Shown here: positions 1 through 7,712 of the stretch, one piece after another
Numbering within the stretch: position 1 is the first letter of the stretch
Layout: every line of letters begins with the position of its first letter
Assembly: GCF_006345805.1 (NCBI RefSeq)
Contig: NW_021828599.1
Location: 1-8,021 of the forward strand
DNA from: Octopus sinensis
Lineage: Eukaryota
DNA: 8,021 nt
Direction: 5' to 3'
The notes under the pieces: generated by a model
Told to the model about the DNA's origin: nothing
Database searches by the model: none
Seen by the model: only the letters and a program-made list of their open reading frames with translations
Translations under genes and position numbers: made by a program

Positions 1-524
1 AAACTTCGCCGAGGTCGACTTTGCCTTTCTTCCTTTCGGGGTCGATAAATTAAGTACCAGTTACGCACTGGAGTCGATATAATCGACTTAATCCCTTTGT
101 CTGTCCTTGTTTGTCCTCTCTGTGTTTAGCCCCTTGTGCGTGTAAAGAAATAGGTATTTCGTCTGCCGCTACGTTCTGAGTTCAAATTCCGCCGAGGTCG
201 ACTTTGCCTTTCATCCTTTCGGGGTCGATAAATTAATTACCATTTACGCACTGGGGTAGATGTAATCGACTTAAGCCCTTTGTCTGTCCTTGTTTGTCCT
301 CTCTGTTTTTAGCCCCTTGTGGGTAGTAAAGAAATAGGTATTTCGTCTGCCGCTACGTTCTGAAATCAAATTCCGCCGAGGTCGACTTTGTCTTTCATCC
401 TTTCTGGGTCTATTAAATAAGTACCAGTTACGCACTGGAGTCGATATAATCGACTTAATCCGTTTGTCTGTCCTTGTTTGTCCCTTCTGTGTTTAGCCCC
501 TTGTCGGTAGTAAAGAAATAGGTA
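1..524 (+). repeat. Tandem array of ~184-bp units derived from a 5'-truncated octopus-type tRNA-derived SINE (about 2.85 copies visible; array runs off the left edge)
   Basis: GCCGAGGTCGACTTTG recurs at 8, 191 and 375. The junction AAAGAAATAGGTA has its GGTA at 153, 337 and 521, giving a 183-184 bp period. One unit carries a Pol III B-box-like GAGTTCAAATTCC (178-190). Units carry small hairpins CCAGT-TACGC-ACTGG and GTCGAT-ATA-ATCGAC. The family assignment is from recollection of the abundant octopus SINE. Confidence 0.85.
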
Positions 525-660
525 CTAAGAATGAAAAGAGAGATAATTACTAAAATTGTGGATTTGGAGAAATCTTGGATCGACTGATAAAATATCTTTA
601 GTTTTCAGTCGCGTACCTTTACGCTTTCATTTCGAATCCCGCCCTAGCAGAGTTTGCCGT

Positions 661-1070
661 GGATCTTTTCGGTTTGAACGGCAGTTTTTTAATATAATTT
701 CCACGTAACTAAACACTTTTAAACTTCGTATACTGGTAGAATGTGTTTATAAAATATCTTTTTCTCTTGGCTTTATTGAGAAAATTCTATAGTTTGTAAG
801 ATATTTGTTGTTGTTTTCTTCAATGTCTGCAATTTCAACCAATCAATGACGTCCATTGAGGTAAAAGAAACATTCTGTGCCGTATGAAAATGTCCCTCGT
901 TTAAGAAACAGATTGGGTTTCTTTACATTTCTGAAGAAAAAAGATACCCTTCCCCTAACCCTAACTCTAAAGCAGATTGAAATGCAATAGATCGATTCTA
1001 TGGTCATAATTATGGGTGACAATTTCATATGACACCGCTAGAAAAACTGCCGTTCAAACCGAAAAGATCC
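661..1070. mobile_element. Complete non-autonomous DNA transposon (MITE), 410 bp, with 29-bp perfect TIRs and an 8-bp TSD; candidate Merlin/IS1016-type
   Basis: Left TIR GGATCTTTTCGGTTTGAACGGCAGTTTTT (661-689) is the exact reverse complement of 1042-1070. The direct repeat TTTGCCGT abuts both ends (653-660 and 1071-1078). No transposase ORF inside. The superfamily call is inferred from GG termini plus 8-bp TSD. Confidence 0.92.
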
Positions 1071-1349
1071 TTTGCCGTTCATTAGTGTCTCTTATGTGTC
1101 TTATGTCAATAACAGAAATCGTTATTAGACAGAGCAGAGAATGCGAGAATCAGTGAATCTCTCTCTCGAACTAAAATACCATCATTTAGTCTTTACTCGA
1201 CTTTCCCTTACCGTATTTAACGAAATGACTGAAATAAAATGCTCAAATAATATCCAGGAGATGAATCCGATGGATTATATATTTTTTACTTAAGAAAAAT
1301 CTTGAATTTCTACACATGTAAGAAATTGTTATTTCTTGTAGTTGAGTAA

Positions 1350-1421
1350 TATTTAAGAATCTTGTAGTTAGGATGTCTAGTTTTTAATAAGGCAGTCTGG
1401 GTTCGATTCCAGGCATTGGAA
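1350..1421 (+). pseudogene. Decayed tRNA-Glu(TTC)-derived pseudogene
   Basis: 1360-1421 aligns without gaps to positions 11-72 of a metazoan tRNA-Glu(TTC) recalled from memory (about 45/62 by hand). B box GGTTCGATTCC is intact (1400-1410), the 3' end is GGAA, and a T6 terminator-like run lies at 1430-1435. Stems are broken, the anticodon position reads TTT, and the first 10 nt are unrecognisable. Confidence 0.7.
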
Positions 1422-1439
1422 AGGCGCTATTTTTTATGT

Positions 1440-1602
1440 GCAGGCGTGGCTGTGTGGTAAGAAGTTTGCTTCCTAACCATATGGTTCCGGGTTCAGTCTT
1501 ACTGCGTGGCACTTTGGGGCAAGTGTCTTCAAAAAGCCCGCAGACGACTAAAGCCTTGAGTTGATTTGGCAGACAGAATCTGAAACAGGAGACCTGTCGT
1601 CT
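1440..1602 (+). mobile_element. tRNA-derived SINE with a CORE-like segment (octopus OR2-like)
   Basis: A-box-like TGGCTGTGTGG (1447-1457) and degenerate B box GGTTCAGTCTT (1490-1500). GCACTTTGGGGCAAGTGTCTT (1509-1529) resembles the CORE/MIR motif CCTTGGGCAAGTCACTT. The element ends in a simple-repeat tail. The family name is from recollection. Confidence 0.75.
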
Positions 1603-1681
1603 ACACAGACAGACATACAGACAGACACACACACACACACACATACACACACACACACACACAAGTACACATGCACATATA
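1603..1681. repeat. (CAGA)n/(CA)n microsatellite, probably the SINE tail
   Basis: ACAGACAGACATACAGACAGACACACACAC... directly follows the SINE body. Confidence 0.9.
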
Positions 1682-1683
1682 TA

Positions 1684-1842
1684 CGAGGGGGTGCTGAAAA
1701 GCTCCTGGCTTTAAGGGTGTCGCGAAAGGCCTGGCTAGAGGCCCAACCTTTTGAGTTCTTTTACAGGGCTTAGAAAAACTGAAGGACTGCCGCATTAAGT
1801 TTTTTGAATCTAAGAGGGGAATATATTAAATAAAGCCATAAT
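1684..1842 (+). mobile_element. Truncated, internally deleted mariner element: left TIR plus the transposase C-terminal remnant
   Basis: TA (1682-1683) is followed by CGAGGGGGTGCTGAAAAG, a mariner-type TIR start resembling Hsmar2 CGAGGGG. 1726-1833 translates, with one frameshift, as [35 protein letters not shown]. This matches the mariner C-terminal pattern W(F/L)..Q...FY..GI.KL..RW.KC....GEY.E*. No right TIR was found; the element stops at a (TA)n array. Confidence 0.8.
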
Positions 1843-1852
1843 GTATATATAT

Positions 1853-1906
<54 letters not shown>

Positions 1907-2014
1907 TATATATATATGTATATATATATAATATGTATATATATATATATATGTATATATATGTATATATATATATATGTATAATATATATATATATGTA
2001 TATATATATATATG

Positions 2015-2092
<78 letters not shown>

Positions 2093-2187
2093 GTATTATA
2101 TATATATATATATATGTATTATATATATGTATATATATACATATGTATATATATATATATAAATAGATAGACGGATAGATAGATATG

Positions 2188-2255
<68 letters not shown>
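1843..2255. repeat. Compound (TA)n microsatellite with TG, TAA and TAGA interruptions
   Basis: Directly visible. Confidence 0.97.
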
Positions 2256-2257
<2 letters not shown>

Positions 2258-2656
2258 GGCGGAGGAACTCTTGAGAGTCAACGGCCATCCAATAAATGTC
2301 TTAAGGCTGTATCATGCGCGGGGACATAGAAATAATCGGACTGAATACCCGATTGCGCGGTTAAACCATTGGGAGTGAAGGACACTCCTAGCCTTTGTTA
2401 GGGCATCCTTCGAGGAGAAGGTAACTCAGGTAACTGGGATAACTCCGACATAAAACCTGCGGCTCAGTGGTTACTGATGATGTTGACTTTTTCTTCTTAT
2501 CGGATTATGGCTGCTGTTGCTTAGTGAGTGGGATTGACTCAGTGCACAGCCTTTCCTCACTTCAAACAAAAATCTTCTTGCACAGGCATTGCACGATAAC
2601 AACATTGATTAAGCTTCGTGCAATGCCCATACTCGATAACGAGGGGGCAGCCACCA
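2256..2656. mobile_element. Unclassified GC-richer, hairpin-rich element between (TA)n arrays; probable interspersed repeat
   Basis: Sharp compositional boundaries with TA arrays on both sides and several perfect short stems (see findings). No TIR and no credible ORF. Its repeat status is inferred and not shown within this window. Confidence 0.4.
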
Positions 2657-2678
2657 TATATATATATATATATATATA

Positions 2679-2856
2679 TTAGAAGGTTTGGAGATGATGT
2701 ACAGGTATTTTATATTAGAAGAAATGAGGTACTCAGAAAATCGGATGGTTTATATTTACAGATATTTATTTGTATATTACATTTTTTATACATCATATAC
2801 TTATAACATGTATACATGTATTAGCGCTTTCTCCCATTCTAGTGGGGTTTTCAAAT
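2679..2856 (+). repeat. Dispersed ~180-bp repeat, copy 1, starting immediately after a (TA)n run
   Basis: TTAGAAGGTTTGGAGATGATGTACAGGTATTTTATATTAGAAGAAATGAGGTACTCAGAAA... is nearly identical to 6108-6285 and in the same orientation. Confidence 0.9.
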
Positions 2857-2874
2857 GAAACTCGTTATTTAAAA

Positions 2875-2899
2875 ATCGTTATTAATTTAAATTAACGAT

Positions 2900-2941
<42 letters not shown>

Positions 2942-2974
2942 AAGATCGTTAATTTAAATTAAATAACGATCTTA
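2875..2974. repeat. Inverted repeat (~29-bp arms) flanking a (TA)n run
   Basis: ATCGTTATTAATTTAAATTAACGATCTTA (2875-2903) matches the reverse complement of 2941-2970 with a single 1-nt indel. Confidence 0.9.
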
Positions 2975-3035
2975 TCAAGTGGCCAGCATGGAAATAAAAA
3001 CCTTCAAACATAATAATTATTATTAAAATTGTAAT

Positions 3036-3239
3036 TTAGGGTATCTACGAGATACCGCCATGCTGAAAATAGTAGCCAGGATCTGACTCTAAAACCACCT
3101 TAAGTGATCATATAGCAACACGAAGAGAAGAGAAAAAGACAAAATAAAACTACTGTCCCTGTGCTATATGAACACCTAATGTGGTTTTAGAGTCAGATCC
3201 TGGCTATTTTCTGCATGGCGGTTCTCGTAGATACCCTAA
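3036..3239. mobile_element. Foldback element / MITE with ~80-bp inverted arms and a 44-nt purine-rich spacer
   Basis: The left arm TTAGGGTATCTACGAGATACCGCCATGCTGAAAATAGTAGCCAGGATCTGACTCTAAAACCAC...CATATAGCA (3036-3117) pairs with 3162-3239 with few mismatches or indels. The GGGTATC...GATACCC core (3039-3236) is flanked by TA on both sides. Confidence 0.85.
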
Positions 3240-3240
3240 G

Positions 3241-3391
3241 TTATATATATATATATTATATAAATATATATATATAGATATATATAATATATATATAGTA
3301 TATATATACTATATATATATAATATATATACATATATATATATAATATATATATACATATATATTATATATACATATATATGATATATACA

Positions 3392-3425
<34 letters not shown>

Positions 3426-3579
3426 CATATTATATATATATATAGATACATGTAAATATAATAAATATATATATATATTATATATATACATGTTATATAT
3501 ATATATATATATATACATATATAGATATAGATATATATACATATATATATATAGATATTACATATCTATTATATATATT

Positions 3580-3639
<60 letters not shown>

Positions 3640-3732
3640 ATAATATATAATATATATATATATATAATATACATGTATAATATATATATATATATATCTA
3701 TATATATATATATTATATATATATAATATATA
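3241..3732. repeat. Compound (TA)n microsatellite
   Basis: Directly visible. Confidence 0.97.
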
Positions 3733-4020
3733 CGCTAACAGTCGTCAACCAAGAATCACTACTGTTGCTCCCATCGGAACACGAGGTAAAATCTATAATG
3801 AACTCCTGCACTACAGTAAGGAACGACTTACACCTTTAATATATTTTTTACCTTTTCAAGAACATGGATTCTATCGAATGTATGAAACAATTATGAACTA
3901 TTCCATTATACTCTTTATTATAAAAAAATTCTTTTTGATAAGGTTCGTTATTTCAAGAACCGAAACATGTAAAAATTAAAATTTATCTATATATGGCATT
4001 TTCAAACTTCTTTTTTACAA

Positions 4021-4026
4021 ATATAT

Positions 4027-4079
<53 letters not shown>

Positions 4080-4094
4080 CATATATAATATTTC

Positions 4095-4128
<34 letters not shown>

Positions 4129-4180
4129 TCTATATACATATATACTTTCATATATAGATAGACATAATATATATACATAA

Positions 4181-4220
<40 letters not shown>

Positions 4221-4246
4221 CCATATATATATATATATATATATGT

Positions 4247-4314
<68 letters not shown>

Positions 4315-4321
4315 TACATAC

Positions 4322-4356
<35 letters not shown>
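4021..4356. repeat. Compound (TA)n microsatellite
   Basis: Directly visible. Confidence 0.97.
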
Positions 4357-5366
4357 TGAGGTAGAAAAGTCGAAAGAAGTAAAGTGGTGGGGTTATGCGG
4401 TGCAGGCTTTGGTTCACATAACCATGCCAGACCTGTATAACATCCCAGAGGAGTTGGTGTTCCCCGACGAGACACGTCTCAGAATCGTGGTGGAGGGGAG
4501 ACCCCCAGTGTGTTACAGATGCAAAATTAGATGCCACATGAAGGATATGTGTCCGCTAAGAGAAGTACAAGAGAAAACGATAACACTGGAGGCTTTGACA
4601 GAGGAGTTACAGAAGGCGAATGTAGAAGAGGAAATCGTGACTACAGATAATGTGGAAAGTGGTGACTAGATGGTGAAGGAGAAAGAAAAGGAAAGAACAG
4701 AAGAAAAAGAGGATAGAAAGAGAATGCGGGTGGAGTCACCAACCAAAGCACAAAAAAAAAGGAAAAAGCTAAAAAGAGGTCTACCGACGAGATAGAGAAT
4801 CGAACGCACGAAGAGAAAGATACAGAAACGAAAGTGAGTGAAGTTTCAAATTGTCAGGTAACGAAAGAATGGGATAGAAGGGTGGAAGAACAGCTGAAAA
4901 TATGTAAGGAAGGAGGAAAACCAAAAGGAAGAAATCTTAAAGCTATAATATTGTACAAGAAGGACAAGGAAATTGAGAAAAAGTTGGCAAATATGAAAAG
5001 TTTAACTAGAGTGAAGTTGAACCCGAAGATATTTGGTGACCAAGTGAAGGCGGCGATTGTAGAAAGAGACAGTAACGAAACTGAAAAATGTGTATACATG
5101 TGAAACTGAAAATTGTCTAATGCATTACATACGGTATGACAGTTTGCCAGGTATTACAGAACAGGAGAAGTTACTCGAGTACATTACAGATGAACGCCCT
5201 GAATAACATAATTGTAATTGTAAATGAAACTGCGAGCCATTCCATTTAATTCATTACAAATAATTCATTGTCATACCATCCTTTTTGATTTTTTTTATTA
5301 TATGTACCCCATGTCCTGTATTGTTATGTCCCCTCTTAATTCGGGCCATTGTGCCTATAATAAAGA
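4357..5366 (+). mobile_element. 5'-truncated non-LTR retroelement remnant: ORF1 followed by a 3'-UTR-like region ending at AATAAA
   Basis: After the ORF1 stop at 5103 come ~260 bp of non-coding sequence with a T-rich tract (5282-5297) and AATAAA (5359-5364). No poly(A) tail or TSD is visible, so the 3' boundary is inferred. Confidence 0.5.
4358..5103 (+). pseudogene. Degenerate gag-like ORF1 of a non-LTR retrotransposon (L1/Tx1-type) with a CCHC zinc knuckle; 5'-truncated
   Basis: The frame is open from 4358 ([51 protein letters not shown]) into [14 protein letters not shown], an exact C-X2-C-X4-H-X4-C (4511-4552). An E/K/R-rich purine-biased tail follows, interrupted by a stop at 4667-4669 and a later frameshift, and resumes in ORF 4834-5103. 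The xxGxPxxCxxC context is typical of L1/Tx1 ORF1 knuckles. Confidence 0.75.
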
Positions 5367-5906
5367 TTTAAGCGACGCCTGCTGGGTCTGGCATTGATAA
5401 AGGGCAAATACCCTGAAACATGTCTACAGATGTCTGGCCAGCAAGGGGAAGCGGATGACCTCCTCTGTTCGAAGGTTATAATGGACACAGGTTCGTGTGT
5501 CATATAGCTCGATAGAGGCGATGGCCTCTTGGAGCTAATCAACGGCAGCTTTAGTCTTATATTTATGGACTGCCATATTAGCTTGGCGATAACTGTTAAT
5601 AATACGCAAATTTATATATATTTTCATATATGCAGTAGTTAAAATCTTGCGGGAAGTAGGGAGGGGTTATTTTTCTTCAGTTACGTAATCTAATTGGTCA
5701 TCAATTGTTTTGAATGGCTTTGCCTCAGTTATGATTGGTTAATTGATAACCGATATTTTAATAATTACTAGTATCTTTATATATTATATATGTAAAGCAT
5801 TCTATGTTATACATGTATATATATTGTTGTTATTGTCATTTTAGTAAATAAATAAATTGTCTATAAGTTGATGAATACCGCCTATTGATCCCCTCCATTT
5901 TCTTTT

Positions 5907-6107
<201 letters not shown>

Positions 6108-6285
6108 TTAGAAAGTTTGGAGATGATATACAGGTATTTTATATTAGAAGAAATGAGGTACTCAGAAATTCGGATGGTTTTATATTTACAGATATTTATT
6201 TGTATATTACATGTTTTTATACATCATATAACTTATATCATATATATATTAGCGGTTTCGTCCTTTCTGGTAGATTTTTCAAATT
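6108..6285 (+). repeat. Dispersed ~180-bp repeat, copy 2, starting immediately after a (TA)n run
   Basis: High identity to 2679-2856. It ends a few bases before the Tc1 TIR. Confidence 0.9.
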
Positions 6286-6290
6286 GCGTC

Positions 6291-7543
6291 CAGGGTTGGA
6301 CAAATAATGGCTACACCATAAATTTCAAACAAATTTATTTTAATATGTGGTAGGACCGTCTTTGGCAGTAATTAAAGCTTGAATTCTACGAGGTATGGAC
6401 TTGTACAAAGTTTGAATTGTTTCCAAAGGAAATTTTATCCATTTTTCACCTAAAACAGTCTCCAGTTCTTGTAGTGATGATGGTGGAGGATATCGACTCC
6501 GTACTTGTTTTTCTAAAATGTTCCATAAATGTTCAATAATATTGAGATCTGGGGGACTGTGGTGGCCAGATAACATGTTCAACTTCACTAGAATATTCCT
6601 CGTGCCATTCAGTAATAACTTTAGCAGTGTGAATTGGTGCATTATCATCTTGAAAGATTGCGTTTCCCTCCGGAAACAGTTCCGCAAACACAGGATGAAT
6701 TTGATCAAATAAAATGCTTAAATGGTCTTGACTATTAATTCTGCCATGAAGGGAAACCATTGGGCTGGTAGATTTCCAAGATGTAGTTCCCCAGATCGTC
6801 ACAGATCTTCCTCCATGTTTAACAGTCTGGGTCAGATGCTTCTTTTGGCTGTCTCCACACGTATACTAGGCCGGTGGTCGGAGATAAGGTAAAGAATGAC
6901 TCGTCCGAGAAAATAAAATGTTTTCATTGCTCTAGGGACCATTTCTGTAGGTTTTTACACAACTCTAAACGCTTTGCAATATTTGTTTTTGAAAGTGGTG
7001 GTTTTCAGATTGCAGCCCTCCCGTGAAATACGGCTTTGTGCAGCTCCAGGCAAACAGTTTTTGTGGAAACTGGGTTCTCAAGGTAGTCGTTAAGCTCTGC
7101 AGCAATTTTCGGAACTGTACTTTTGTGATCCTTTCTAATAATTCGAGTAAGAGTCCGACGGTCCCTATCTGAAAGTTTTGGTTTTTTCCGGTGTTTTGTT
7201 TTGACGAGGAGGTTTCTCCCTCTTTTCCAAAGGCTGTCATTACTTTCGAGACTGTACTTTTTGATATACCAAACATTTCGGCTGTTTTCGTTACGCTAGC
7301 GCCTGCCATAAGAGCACCAACAATTTGACTTCTTTGAAAGTCCGATAGATCTGTCATTTTAATGAATTTTAATTACCTTTTTCTGATGATATCTCAAAAG
7401 ACATAGTAATTGTTGCAAAACATATAAAGCAACACTAATAATAAATTTTAAAAACATAAAAATAAACAAGCTTTTGATGGTTTTATAGATATTTCAAAAT
7501 TATGATGCTATGATGCTAGGTTTTCCATTATTTTGTCCAACCC

Positions 7544-7546
<3 letters not shown>
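6291..7546 (-). mobile_element. Full-length (1256 bp) defective Tc1-family DNA transposon, DD36E type
   Basis: The TIR at 7519-7546 reads CAGGGGTTGGACAAAATAATGGAAAACC on the minus strand and is followed by TA (7547-7548). The other TIR, CAGGGTTGGACAAATAATGG from 6291, has two 1-nt deletions and is preceded by TC instead of TA. A transposase pseudogene lies between them. Confidence 0.95.
6340..7357 (-). pseudogene. Tc1-like transposase pseudogene (paired-like HTH plus DDE domain)
   Basis: Reconstructed across frames: MTDLSDFQRSQIVGA..GASVTKTAEMFGISKSTVSKV (HTH); G/KPKLSDRDRR; FSDES (D at 6903-6905); TVKHGGRSVTIWG; FQDDNAPIH (D at 6644-6646); WPPQSP/DLNIIEHLW (E at 6532-6534); IPRRIQALITAKDGPTTY*. 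Lesions: frameshift in the T run at 7182-7187, stops at 7005-7007 and 6924-6926, a small deletion near 6820-6830, and +1 in the G run at 6551-6555. Confidence 0.95.
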
Positions 7547-7621
<75 letters not shown>

Positions 7622-7710
7622 ATGTATACATATATTTTCATGAGTATCTACCTATCTATCTATATATATTCATGTACATATATATATATATATATATACA
7701 TATATATAAA
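7547..7710. repeat. Compound (TA)n/(TACA)n/(TCTA)n microsatellite
   Basis: Directly visible; it begins at the TA target site of the Tc1 element. Confidence 0.9.
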
Positions 7711-7712
7711 TA

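Noticed and set aside
1-524. CRISPR-like or prokaryotic interpretation of the regular repeats
   Set aside because: The units are contiguous 184-bp copies without unique spacers, there are no cas genes, and the context is eukaryotic.
581-611. 7-bp inverted repeat CGACTGA...TCAGTCG
   Set aside because: Short and isolated, with no TSD or other context; compatible with chance.
843-1028. 61-aa minus-strand ORF
   Set aside because: It lies inside the non-autonomous MITE and has no transposase or other motif.
2474-2480. CTGATGA, the hammerhead ribozyme core motif
   Set aside because: No stem II followed by GAAA, and no flanking stems I/III with an NUH site, could be built around it.
2467-2682. 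71-aa GTG-start ORF in the hairpin-rich element
   Set aside because: No recognisable domain, and it runs out into a TA array.
3731-3979. 82-codon stop-free plus-strand frame, with a possible AG at 3740-3741 and GTAAAA donor at 3786
   Set aside because: No recognisable protein, no polypyrimidine tract before the AG, and a low-complexity F/I/K tail. It cannot be supported as an exon without RNA data.
1770-4537. Many 60-170 aa ORFs rich in Y/I (also 5885-6307, 6117-6353, 7672-7869 and the CV/TH-rich ORFs at 1384-1795)
   Set aside because: They are translations of (TA)n and (CA)n microsatellites and adjacent repeats, which lack stop codons by construction.
4854-5099. 81-aa minus-strand ORF (also 6518-6712 on the plus strand)
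   Set aside because: Antisense shadows of the ORF1 tail and of the Tc1 transposase.
5475-5495. VIMDTGS on the plus strand, resembling a retropepsin active site
   Set aside because: A stop follows within four codons, no convincing downstream flap or GxD/N motif is present, and a three-residue motif is expected by chance.
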